From IMG/VR virus record IMGVR_UViG_3300037247_001890, positions 1 to 64,000 of that record: a stretch of 64,000 bases of DNA; one strand, 5' to 3'. Under the pieces are notes generated by a model. It saw only the letters and a list, made by a program, of their open reading frames with translations. It did not search any database and was not told the origin of the DNA. The position numbers and the translations under genes are program-made. Numbering within the stretch: position 1 is the stretch's first letter; every line of letters starts with the position of its first letter. Source of the stretch: a virus. Shown piece after piece: positions 11,546 to 24,100 of this stretch.

Positions 11546-12370
11546 TTAAAATCCCATGTCTGTATAAACACGAATTCCGTATCGTCGTAAATGGTCTCTA
11601 AATCTAATAGTGACCTCATCCTCTTCTCCAGAAAACTCACAAGTTAACAAATTAACTGTAAAATGATTGATTTCAACTACTGGAAATATGTAATCGAAGA
11701 AAGCCGGATAACTATTCTCTTCTGTAGCACGTTGTAAATATGTTTGTATAATATCTTCTGCTAAAACATGCTGTTCATCCTTGGTTGGTGGCACAATATT
11801 TCTTATGAATCGGGCTGGATTTCCTGCATATATCTTATTTGATTCCATTTTACAGCCCTTTGATACCACAGAGGCAGCTCCAATTACCACATTATCTGGT
11901 ATAGTTACTCCAGGAAGAAGCATAGCTCCTTGTCCAACAATAACATTATTTCCTAAAGAAACTGGTTTATATACTGTCGGATATCCCTCTAAACAAGAGC
12001 CCCAAAAACCATGTGTTATTATTTTTACATCAGGAGATAGGCCTACATCATCTCCCATATTCACAGGTCGTGCTGGATTTATATAATTATTATGCACAAC
12101 ACAGCGATCTCCGATTGTTACATTAGCATCTGTGAATTGACTTCCGCCCCCTCCAATCTTTAGGCCAGGAATACTGTGGAAAAAATGATCTCCTATTGTT
12201 AAATTCTCGACTGTTATCTCTACTCCATCTCCAAACCGGGCATTTTTACCAATTCTGCAATTCTTTCTTGCAATAATATGAACATCTTTCCCAACGGAAA
12301 AATTTTCTCCCAGTTCAATGTGCTCAGTCTCTATATAAGAGTTGTAAAGAATATTATAATATTGTCTCAT
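11546..12370 (-). CDS. hexapeptide-repeat acyltransferase
   Basis: Left-handed beta-helix repeats; LPGVTIPDNVVIGAASVV, YAGNPARFIR. Confidence 0.85.
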   Translation of the reverse strand: MRQYYNILYNSYIETEHIELGENFSVGKDVHIIARKNCRIGKNARFGDGVEITVENLTIGDHFFHSIPGLKIGGGGSQFTDANVTIGDRCVVHNNYINPARPVNMGDDVGLSPDVKIITHGFWGSCLEGYPTVYKPVSLGNNVIVGQGAMLLPGVTIPDNVVIGAASVVSKGCKMESNKIYAGNPARFIRNIVPPTKDEQHVLAEDIIQTYLQRATEENSYPAFFDYIFPVVEINHFTVNLLTCEFSGEEDEVTIRFRDHLRRYGIRVYTDMGF

Positions 12371-13083
12371 CCTTTTCTCCTATAGTATTCTTTTATCACG
12401 TCTGCCAACCAATATTTGAGACTAGATGGTGCAGTTGCGTTTTTGTGATAATGAGCAATCTCATCATCTATAATTATAGACAATTTAGTTGGATCTGCTG
12501 AAGGCTCCAGAACAAGATGAAAAGGCAAGTGTAGTCCCGTATATGGGCGTGTTCTCATATTCCCATTAACAGCAATAGGTACTCCTGGTTTATAAACCGC
12601 AAACGATGTAGCCACTGAATACTCCATATATTCACCTTCTGGCCCAACTTTGCCCCAAGTAACCATAAGTCCTTGTTCAGGATTATCTTTTGGGCATAAA
12701 CGCTCCACATGTGCATATGCATAATTTTCTTTAGGAACTCTAGATAGATCATAACTAAGTCCGCATTTAGGAAGTGTCGGCCATCGAACAAATCCTTCTA
12801 ATAAGGCTTCCGGCCAGTCATCCGGTACCATTGATAGATCATAATCTGAATCACTAAAAACAAAAGGTTCCTTTTCGTTTAGGCAGTGTTTCGCATAATT
12901 CACCCACGGTCCCTTATTTTCTAGTCGTCTGACTTCAAAAGGACAACTCGCATACCAATCTAAAAGCGGTTCCCATGTAGAAGCATTGTCCAAAAAGATG
13001 ACCTCATGCCCTTGATTAGACAAAACCTCCGCCATGGCGCTTGGCCAGGTTACATAGTCTCTATTATTTATAAATATTTTCAT
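12367..13083 (-). CDS. GT2-like glycosyltransferase
   Basis: IFINNRD, IFLDNAST, VFSDSD (DxD). Confidence 0.6.
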   Translation of the reverse strand: MKIFINNRDYVTWPSAMAEVLSNQGHEVIFLDNASTWEPLLDWYASCPFEVRRLENKGPWVNYAKHCLNEKEPFVFSDSDYDLSMVPDDWPEALLEGFVRWPTLPKCGLSYDLSRVPKENYAYAHVERLCPKDNPEQGLMVTWGKVGPEGEYMEYSVATSFAVYKPGVPIAVNGNMRTRPYTGLHLPFHLVLEPSADPTKLSIIIDDEIAHYHKNATAPSSLKYWLADVIKEYYRRKG

Positions 13084-13090
13084 AGTCTCC

Positions 13091-13762
13091 TTAAGGCCAC
13101 ACTATACAGCCTTGTATTGAATTTTTGTGCCACCTATGCACGTTGGTTACCTTATCAGTTGCCTTATACATTGGCCAATATTTATTTATTTTGTTCCACA
13201 TCACTGCGTCAGCTGCTCCCCTGTGTGCAATGTCAGTTTCCCAATAGCCTACTTTATCAATCACTTCACGCCTGTGTGCCACTTGATTTTGATCCAGTTG
13301 ACACGCTGCTTGCAGGACTACATCCCCAGGTTTCCTTATAAACTCTACCCACTCCACTCCGTTATCATCATTATACTTAGTCTGTCTTTGTGGCGCATAT
13401 GCTGCCATCCAGTCAAGATGTTCTTCGAAGGCTCTCATAATTTCCGATATGTGTCCCTGCAAATAATAATCATCATCTACTAAATAGAATATAACATCCC
13501 CGGTGGACAACTTGATACACTCGTTTATATTCTCCGCGTACTCTGTGCATTTAAGCCTGTCCTCATCTTTGCGATCGGATTGATAATAAATAATACCATG
13601 CTCTTTCTCATATTTTTCACACAAATCTCTAGTTTCTTTATCAGAGCCATCATCACCTACCAGTATTTCTTTATCTTCGTAATCTTGCATTAATGCGGAT
13701 TCAATAGACTGCTCTAGCAATTTAGGCCTGTTGTAACTAGTTATAATCACGCTTGCTTTCAT
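13091..13762 (-). CDS. GT2 glycosyltransferase
   Basis: SVIITSYNR, LVGDDGS, YLVDDD. Confidence 0.9.
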   Translation of the reverse strand: MKASVIITSYNRPKLLEQSIESALMQDYEDKEILVGDDGSDKETRDLCEKYEKEHGIIYYQSDRKDEDRLKCTEYAENINECIKLSTGDVIFYLVDDDYYLQGHISEIMRAFEEHLDWMAAYAPQRQTKYNDDNGVEWVEFIRKPGDVVLQAACQLDQNQVAHRREVIDKVGYWETDIAHRGAADAVMWNKINKYWPMYKATDKVTNVHRWHKNSIQGCIVWP

Positions 13763-13768
13763 GCATTA

Positions 13769-13797
13769 AATTTACGACAATTTTTGGAATAATACAA
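13769..13797 (-). promoter_or_regulatory. sigma70-type promoter, probably leaderless, for the sugar operon
   Basis: TTGTAT-17 nt-TAAATT; ATG 6 nt after the -10 box. Confidence 0.6.
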
Positions 13798-14444
13798 GTA
13801 TAACTTAGGAGATTTATTATGAAAATAAACATCTTAAAAATGCAATTTGTTGATAGGAGAACATGCTTTATGGATTCCTTAGTAGACCAAATATTTGATG
13901 GCAAACGTACACATGTTATAATAAACTATAGAGGAATAATGCCCGCAGATTTGACGTATCTTACCAGCAGAATACGAGACAAAAAACTTAAGCACAAGCA
14001 TCGTCCAATCCCAGTCATAATAAGGAATAAGAAGAATGTTAATCAACTTTAGGAGGTCATCATGAATAATATATTATTTTTACTCAAGTATTATTTCAAA
14101 CGGATGCTGCGTAGTATCATAAAAACAGATTTGTATCATAATACTGAAACGGTATGCCGTACACTTCGCTTTTGTTGGCAAAGATTTATTGTCATATGGA
14201 TTTTAACAATTTTTAAGTATCCAAAATTCAAAGCACGTATGATTAGGAGACGCTGGGAAAGTTTGAATAACTACCAGGTGAAATTAGAAATCAAAGATAT
14301 GGAAAATCTTCGAAAATTATTGGCCTTGCATCCTGAACCAATGCCGGGAATGAATTTTTCGAGAAATTAAATAACCCCCTTAAACCTTCCTTAAACCCCT
14401 CGCAATTGCGCCTACCTTGAGTGAGTGTGTAGAAGTGAATAATG

Positions 14445-14472
14445 TACCCCGGGTTTACTCGGGGTATTTTTT
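14445..14472 (+). terminator. intrinsic terminator
   Basis: taccccggg-ttta-ctcggggta hairpin followed by a T run. Confidence 0.6.
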
Positions 14473-15164
14473 ATGAAAGGATTTAACTATGAACAAAATT
14501 TTAGGTTGGTTAACATGCCATATCTTGCAAAGTCACGACTTGACATGCAAAGCCAATGAAGGAATTAAGCCTGATCCACCATTAGGAGAAGGCATGGATT
14601 TAATTATGGCAGATTTTCATGAATATACTAAAATGTATTGTAAACGATGGAGATGCACATATGTCTATCATGACAGAATATGATAAGTTTAAACAATTCT
14701 TTAATAAATATGGCGTAGAATATGAGGCGGGAGAATGGTTTAAGTCTGACGATAAACAGTTGTCCAAAGAAAAACAGTTCATAGAAGTTCTCGGAATGAC
14801 ATTTGAATTCAGAGATGGAGTATTTTCACACCTTTATGAACCAGAATTTGACACAAAGATAGAAAGGTTACCTGATGGAAAATGATTTTGAAAAACTTTT
14901 AGAAATAGCTAAAAAAGCCGCTAATGAAGCGCGCAAAGAAGAAGGTTCCGAAGATGTTCTCCAAACTGCACGTCATGCCAGTCATATTCTAGATCTTTTA
15001 GAAAAAGAAGAGGAATTAGACATCATACTCGATTTTGATGAGTCTACACATGAACAGTTTGTGATATCCCGTGAAGCACAATATGCATGTGTGTCCGGTG
15101 GTGCTTTGAATCACCATTATTTATTCACCGAGGATTTTAAAGAATTTCAGGCTATTATAACGTC

Positions 15165-18100
15165 ATGAAAGTACACTTTATTGATTTATGGATATTAGAC
15201 ACACCAGAAAGTTTCATGAATTTAAACGCTGTAATACGTAGAAAAGAAGCCCTACTACTCACTGATTCTCTTCTATACACACTAATTTTAGTAAAAGATC
15301 CAAAGGTGGTCGCAGAATGAAAGTAGATTTCATAACACAACCTTTTTTGGTGCATGTAGGTGATATTGACCTATTTAAAGGTAAAGCATTACTAGAACCT
15401 TTTACAACGCTGCATCGTGGACAATCAATTTTGACCAATATAATAGCAATTAACAAAATCACAGCTCTTTGTAAGGAAGGCGGTGCATATGTGGTGGAAT
15501 TATGAAAGTTAAATTTATACATTATTATTTCTTATTAAATATCAATGATGTGCCTGCAATATTGGAAAAACTAACTCCTCCACCAATACCATTCACAATA
15601 TATAAATATGGGAAAAACTATATGGTATTGCATGCTATAAAAAAACGTCTTACGATAATATATCTAGACAATATTTTACATGTACCTCTCGTAGGTACAA
15701 AGTCAGGACAGGTGATAGTATAATGAAAGTAATATTCTTCGAACAACAGTATTTTTTGCTTGTTGCTAATGTTGTCCATGGTATTTCAAGTTTTCGATAT
15801 CTCAAAGTATTCTGTTCTAGGCCCGTACATGAAACGTCAATAGTAGCTGTGAGTAGAATTGTTGGTTATAATAACTGGTCTGATTCATACGAGGTTGGGA
15901 GATGAAGGTATATATCTTTAAACAACCATTCTTGATTTATGCAGGTGATCTGGTGCCATCTATATACAATGATAAAAAGCAAAGGAAGAATTTCAAGGAG
16001 TTGAATGGCAAAGACTGGGGTGCTTCTATAATAGCTGTGGGTAGAATTACACGCGCTGTGAATATAGTAGCACATATGGCACGACCACTAATGGAATATG
16101 GAGTAGAAAAATGAAAGTAAAATTGATTGATCTGCCTTATTTGTTAGATGCAAATAGTCTGTCTGAAAAATCTAAACAAAAGATGTATCCTGTTATATTA
16201 ATAAGTATGATGTCCCAAAAGCGTGCTCATGTGATGGTTAAAGGATACAGACTAGTAGCAAACAACAAATACGAGGTAACAACATGACAGTAAGATTCAC
16301 ATGCAATCAAATCATGGTACCATACATGCGAGTAAAAGTACAATATAGATATCTCTGCGATACATTATTTAATATTGGGGTTGGAAAAGGCCAAGAAATA
16401 TTTGTAATGATATCTCGTTACACACAAGCGGAGTACAATTAATTATGAAAAAAGTTCTTATAACAGCTTGTTGTATGTTTTGTCCAATAAATGAATTAAT
16501 CGAAAACCAAATGGCAGCATATAAACCATACCTTCTGTATGAATCTGATCACATAATTATAATAGCTGTAGAAAGGTTCACTCACAAACCATGAAAGTAA
16601 GATTCTTTGATGCTCAATTCATGATTTACGACGGTGAAGTAGACATGATAATAGATACCGGGCAAACAAGTTCAACAAATTATCTGCGTATACCTATGAA
16701 GAAAAATGTACTTGACGCCAATAATTGGCTTGATATAGCATTTATACATTCGCTACGCCGTAATAACCGAGGTAATTATGAGGTGAAAACATGAAAGTTC
16801 TATTTACTCCTGCACAGTACTTGTTATCTTTGGAGGATCTTCCTCCAGATTTCATTGATAAGAAGGTAACTGTTCTACGAAAAATAGGAAAACTTGCTAA
16901 AACAACTCAATACGGACTAGTTCTTATTAGTTTCCTGATGGAGTATCCATGCGAGTAAACTTTACAAATAATCAAATTTTAATACAATACTACAAAGTAA
17001 AACTTCATGAAAGGTGTAAAAATGTGGTATTCTTTAATGTAGGTGCTTTTGATGAAGATTTAGTATTTGTATTGATACATCAGTACACCAAGAAGGAGGC
17101 GAATGACCGATGAAAACTAAATTTATTGATTTTCATTTCCTCTTGGATCCGGATGATGTGTCTAGGGTAGAACATGAATATTTGCATCGTTATACTTTTG
17201 ACGATGGTATGAGATGTCGTATATTTCATATTGAATATCCAAAAGAAGACCTCTTGGAATATATAATATATGCTCCCCGAGCAGAAAGGAACTGTGACAG
17301 TTAAATTCTTTAGTCAACCTTTTTTGACATCCGAAAATGACATAGACTATTATGGATGTGATAATGGTGAATTTCTCCATTTAGAAAATTATGAATGGGA
17401 TAACTCTTTAAAACTCATGAAAGTCCCCATAATGTATGTGTTTATTAGTGGTTTTGAAAAATTTGGTAGTATGATTGGAGGCTTGCATGAAAGTTAAATT
17501 CTTTAATCAACCCTATCTGTTGTATGTATATGAAATTGAAAAAGTACACGGATCACGTGATGACTACCTGTTATTAATCTATGATACTCCGAAGACAATA
17601 GAAGAGATGGTAATGGTAGGCAAGATAAAAAAAGAAAATTATAACCTTATCACATATACGGAGGTATTCCTTGAAAGTTAAAATAATAACACAACCCTAT
17701 TTGTTGTTTGTAGGCAATATTAACAGCATATCAGGATCACTAGATGATTATCCTCTAGTGAAAGAAGCAACCGAGACACATAGATTTGATGACATAATGG
17801 TAGGAACAATATGGAATTTCAATGGTGAATGTAAGGTATACCCATGAAAGTTAATTTCCTTAAGCAATCTTTTTTGATGGGTGCATACTCAATAAATAGT
17901 CCATTGCAACAAATAACTTCTGGGAAGGTAAAAATGATCAATGATGGTGGACCCACACTGATACTAGTAGAAAAATTTAAAAAAAAACCAAGCGACAATC
18001 CATCACTAACTGAATATGAGGTAATATGAAAGTTAAATTCTTTAGTGAATCCTTCGTGTCGTACATTTTCCATCATGGATTTGTCGTCGCAGGAGGAAAC

Positions 18101-20532
18101 AAATACAAACTGTTGTATACTCCTAAAGGACACGAAGTATTTGGAAGAACTATAATAGCAATAGATAAGGTACCAAAATGCAAGTAAATTTCTTCAGCGA
18201 ACCCTATTTGTTGTATGTGAATTCAATTAACAGAGTTCATGGATTCTCGCAGGGCTATAGAACAATGAAGGAGCATACTAAAACTGGGTGGTGGCAAGTA
18301 GTATTTGTAGGTAAAATTAAAAGAATACCATACGGCCCTATAATAAAAATGGAGGTATTTCTTGAAAGTTAATTTCTTTAAACAATCTTTTTTGTTATAT
18401 GCGTTCTCAATATTAAAACCACAGATACACATAAAATCTGGGAAAGTAAAAATGGTTGGTATGAGTGGTATGAGTGGACCTACAATGGTACTAGCAGAAA
18501 AACTTAGAACAACACCAGAATATAATACAGCATTAAATGAATATGAGGTAATATGAAAGTTAATTTCTTTAGTGAACCCTATTTGTTGTATGAAGGCAGT
18601 TTAAAGACAAACGCACTCATCATAATGGAAACCTGCATAGGATTTGTGTATAGTGACAGACATAGTCTGTCATTCCCTGTATTCATCTATGATTGCCTGC
18701 ATGAATATGATAAGGATTGGATATGACAGTAAAATTCTTTGATCAACCCTATTTGTTGTATGCAAGCGAGATATCTTTTACTGGCAGACCTTACTACCTT
18801 CACATAGTAGAACGAAAGAAATGGGTATGGAAAAAAGCAATAGTAATACTAGGATGGAACCATTGATATGACAGTAAAATTCTTTGATCAACCCTATTTG
18901 TTGTATTATAATGAATACAGACTTGGAGGAGACATATTCAAAAATGACTTTTATGTAATACAACGTACCGTAGGATGGCCTAAATTTTCAAGTGAATCAG
19001 TGGTCATAATATATACAAGAATACAAACGGAGATGTTAAATGGAGGTAAATTTCTTTAAGGATCCCTATGTGTTGTTTGCAATAGACGCGAACACTAGTT
19101 ACAAATTAATAGGATTCGCCAGAGACAACTCGAACCATCCTGGAAATCATGCATTTATGAATCCGGTGGTTATACTATGCTAAAAGTTAACTTCTTTAGT
19201 AAACCCTACGTGTTGTTTGAAGGTGATGCGATTGGAAGAAGTGGTTACAAAGTAATAGGAGTTGCCAGAAATTCATCATATTCTAAATATCATCACCAAA
19301 TATATACGGTGGTTATATTATGCTAAAGGTTAGATTCTTCAGTGAACCACATGTGGTTCATTTATATGATTTTCCCAGCACAAAAATAATAAAAGCACAT
19401 ATCATATTTAAACCTACAAAACGCGGTCAAAATCCTAATCCTATAGTTATACTGGATACAATTAAACCGGAGGATAAGTAAATCGGAGATTCACTTATGA
19501 TGAAAGTTAAATATCACAAGAGAATGGTTAATATACACAACACATCGTACGTCGTAAATATTTACAACGTGCATCTGATAAAGCCACGCATATTTGCGTC
19601 AAAGACACATGTCATACACACTTCCCGCAAACCTTTGGGGAGTACTCAGGGAATCGACGATATCGTACTGGTAAATAACTCATGGAAAAAGTAAACATTA
19701 TAGAAGCAAATAGTCTGGTTAGGCAAGGAGAACCTATAGATGGGGAATATTGGTCACCTTATGATCCGGCACACGTAGTATGCCAAGATGGGGGTTTTCG
19801 ATATTTGCTCGTTGTATGGAGGTTCACATAATAATGGAAAAAGTAAATATCAGTAATTTAACATACATAGTACATTTAAAAAATATCGAGTCGGTAGAAT
19901 CTATACGAGAACTCGAAGAGCAAACACAAGTGTTTGCAACGCAAGGGCATATCATAGGGAAACACATTGCATTGGTAAATAACTCATGGAAAGAGTAAGA
20001 TTCACGAATCTCTGTTTCCTTTTCCCTATATCTGATCCAGATGTAAAATGGTCACTAGACTCAAATATAGAATATCATATAATTTATACTGGAGATATGT
20101 GTTATCAAGTAATTTTATTTACAAACGGTTTGGAGTACTTATAATGAAAGTTAGATTTATAGAAGTAAATGCTCTGGTTTCACGAGGAAACCCTATAGAT
20201 GAGACGTACGTCACATATGATTTCTTCCCTGTATACGTAGTATACAAAGACGAAGATTTCCAATATATACTCGTTTCACGCGGTTTTACATATAATGAAA
20301 GTTAAATTCTTTAATCAACCCTATTTGTTGTGTGTATATTGCATAAATGATGGAACTCATAAATTCGTCTTCGTAGATACCTTTTATGCGTTGTATGTAG
20401 ATGGTAGTTAGATTCCTCAGCAAACCCTTCCTGATGGAGATATTTTTCTATAGGGATGATGACGGAGTCATCATAATTAAAGGGGCTATCTTTGTAGATA
20501 AGCCCTCTGAATATGCAAAAGAATATACATAG
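15165..20532 (+). repeat. tandem array of about 32 overlapping 35-75 aa ORFs sharing a degenerate ~36-nt start repeat (ATGAAAGTTAAATTCTTTAATCAACCCTATTTGTTG; MKVKFFxQPYLL)
   Basis: Starts at e.g. 15165, 15317, 15502, 15723, 15902, 16111, 16284, 16591, 16791, 17110, 17294, 17487, 17844, 18026, 18178, 18362, 18553, 18723, 18868, 19040, 19177, 19320, 20143, 20295, 20401; mostly overlapping stop/start junctions. Confidence 0.9.
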
Positions 20533-21118
20533 CAAATTACAATGAATGAGTATATATATATATATTTATACTAATACTATAAAAATATATCTTTATAGAA
20601 CCCTGTGTAGGGAAAAAGTAGGGCTCAAACTACGTTTGAGTCCTTAAAAACTTGTTTTACATACTCTTACACCCAGGAAACCTCAAACCAATAAAAACAA
20701 TGACTTACGAGAAATACCTAAAAAAGGTCATATAATTTCAATTTAATATTATAATAATATATTAATACACCTCCATTATATAATTTGGAGTTAATAGTTG
20801 AATAATATAGTTTAGGGTATGCATAAATATACAAGATATTGCATAATTATGCATTATATTAGGAGGTGAGAATGAAAGTCAAAGTTATTATGGGGGACCA
20901 TGATGTAATTGTCCAAATGTCAAAGGGCGAATACTATGACATTAAACGCGCTCTTAGGCATTATAATAATGCCTACACACTCGATTTACTTAAAAAGTTA
21001 GAGAAGGAGGAGAAATGATAATAAACATATTCACAGAACCATACATAATAGATACACTCAAAGAAGAGGAGTGTCTTCCTCACTGTCTAAGACGAGACAT
21101 TGGTACCAATCCTAAAAA

Positions 21119-24100
21119 TTGGAACCTTATATTCATTTTTTCGAAAGAGAGGTTGAAATGAAACTAAAAGCTAAAGCTAATGAAGGTTGGGAAGACGGTA
21201 AATTGATAACAATACTACAAATAGAGGGGGATCCTCTAAACCTGGAAGGCTCGGGAGCCTTTGACTTGGACATCGTTGTCCAAATCACCAATGATCAAAT
21301 TCAAAAATCACTGGAGCCTGATACCAGAACCGATGCCGAGCGAAAACACGCACATGCAGCTAAACACAACATAAAGTGGGCTCTTCTTACATGTATGAAG
21401 GATCTGGCACCCTGTCTCGGTCCAGATTGTGTAACCTGGCTGGGGTTGACGTACGTCGACTGCCCGCATGTAAAGAGTTCTATTCCAAAACAAAAGGGGG
21501 CAATATGAAAAAATGGATTCAAACCTGGGCTAACTATTACAGCCATCTTACCCGTAATTTGTCCGCGGAGCAGACACACAAGCTATTGAGCGAGGAACGC
21601 GTTGCAAATGAGAACATCATAACCCGGGCGAAAGAGCGTATACAAGGCGTAGCCTTGTATTATGATCAAAGCCATTTGAGCGATCCAACCCCTCCGGGTA
21701 AAAAAGTAAGGGACACCAGTGCCCCTTCCAACGACATAAAAATGCACACCAGAGAAATCTCAGATCGGGAGATATAAATGAAAACAATACTTTCTAATCC
21801 TGTTAAACAAAGATTTAGTACATGGGAGAAGGCACTTAGAGCCGCAGAAATACATTATATGTCGTATGGCTGGTTTATGAGGGCATTTGGCGTTGTTATA
21901 ATTAGGCACTGGGTAGATCATAACTATTTCAGTGTAATAAACGCTAAGTCAACAGTTAGAGAAAGGCAGTTCTACTATGACTGATGGAGAATTGATTATG
22001 GACCACATATCTACGTACGTAGATAAGAAATTTGAATTAAACGAGCTTGAATTAAGGCCACCCAAGGATTTTCTTGATCCTGTTGTAATTCCATCTTATT
22101 TTATTGATCGAGCCATAGAAAAGAAGAAAGCAGCCTTAAGAAAAATTATTGAAGTTGAAAGAAACTTCATTGCAGGTTTCTTCGATGACATGCAAGAATA
22201 AGGGGGCGTACGCCTCCTTAGACGGCCGTGGTGAGACGATCGACATACGTCGATCTCAGAACACCCTCAATTCAACCAAGGAGGTCTCATGAAAGCACAA
22301 ATTACCAAAAAAGAATATCATACCGCTATAAGGGATTTAAGGGCGTCATATAAACATGGGGAATTATCAGAACGTACATTCAAAAAATTAGTCAAAACAG
22401 TGGCTTCCGTATATTATGGCCAAAAACTGGACAAAATACTAAAATGAAAAAATTTAAATATAAACGAAAATGCCCAAGATGTAGTCAAAGAAATGTCTTG
22501 AATACATTTGTTAAAAAAGGCAGCATTTACCTTGCCGGCCACCTAGACGGCAATACGAGTGGAATAAAGGCAAAAAGAAATTTGATGTATCGAAGCTGCA
22601 ATACTTGCGGCTATGGTTGGAGAGAGAAGGTTTAAAATGAGCGTACGTGTATGGACATTAGAATATGTGCCATTTGTTATGGGTGGATCGGTTTGGCAAC
22701 CAATATCGACGGACGTCGAGCACCATGGTGAATATGACCTGGGCAAGGGCTACAAAGGACATTTGATTTATGCGCCAAGTGGCAGGACGTACGTCGCGGA
22801 AAGCAGATCCGGCGCGTTCGTTGGACCTACGATAGCCGACGTGCGTCTTGACATCACAAACTGTGAGGACATAAGTCTAATGGAGAAGCAAGTAACAGAT
22901 GCTATTGAAAAATCTAAACAAGCAAGAAGAGTAAAAGCAAAAGAATTTTGGAGGTTATTAAAACAAAATGAAAATACTTAGATCTGGTTTAACCAAGAAA
23001 AGCCGCGTGTGCATGTGGCTGAGTGGCATTGGTGGTGCCATCGGTGGTGCCATTATACTATTCATGTTTATAAATGGGTATAATCGCACTCATGAAGGCA
23101 TATGGCTAATTACAGTTGGTGTGACGGCTTGCATTTTAGCTTATGACTATTCTACGAGAAAAAAATGAAAGAAAAATACCGTAAAATGTTAGAGGACGCT
23201 GAAGAAAAACAATTTAGTTATGGCAGTGCCTGGGTTGCACATCAAGAAGCTGTATGGAATGAAGTTCAACGATTGATAAAAGAGGATGAAGAAAATGAAC
23301 GATAAACCTTATACGATTACCGATAAACGTGGCATGAGTAAAGGGCAAGAACACCCTAAGGAAGTATGTCGCGTATGTGGGTCAAAAGAAGTCCATAGTA
23401 AAAAATACGGAAAACCTACTATGGATTGCATAACATATTTAAAGAATCAAGTCAGCGAATTACAAAAGTATGTTACAGTGGACGAAGCTTATCACGACGA
23501 GACTGGACCAATGTAATGAAGTTAATTGATTACCTGGCAAAACGCCAGCGACACAAAGAACTTCGTCAACAACTGAAAGATGTAAAATACGATATAGGCT
23601 TAAATTGTCAAGTGTATTCTGAAGCGTCGAATAAAAAAATGAAAGAAAGCTGTATTAGAGAATCTATTAAATTAAAAAAACAGCAGCTTTCTTTAGAAGA
23701 AGAACTCAGAGAAGTTTTTAAGGATCAAATTGGTGGGCCAGATTTGAACAGTGGACGCGGTGGACCAGATGACTAATGATTCTTTAATAAGCTTAACTAA
23801 AATGACATTGGCACAGCAGGAGACCATAGAGAAACTATCTCGCCGTTTCCCAATGCTGGACGGGCCTGATATCGACTGGATAACAGCTGAAAAGATCTAT
23901 AAAATATACAGCCAGCTACACGGTACCAGTCAAAGTTTGCAAAGAATAGCAGAAAGAGGCGGATTTGGGTGGGGAGAAGTAAAACTTATGACAGAAAAGG
24001 GTAAAAAATGAGTGATAGCATAGAACTTTTTGAGATCTTAGGAAAGGGAAAGATCTTTAGCATACGCCTATCGAAGCCTTTCTATGAATTATGGTATGTT

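Noticed and set aside
15165-20532. CRISPR array interpretation of the ~36-nt repeats
   Set aside because: Repeats are degenerate and in-frame protein starts, the intervening segments are 100-180 nt open reading frames, and there are no cas genes in the window
15165-20532. Diversity-generating retroelement or integron as the diversifier
   Set aside because: No reverse transcriptase or integrase in the window, no adenine-specific TR/VR pair, and no attC-like palindromes seen
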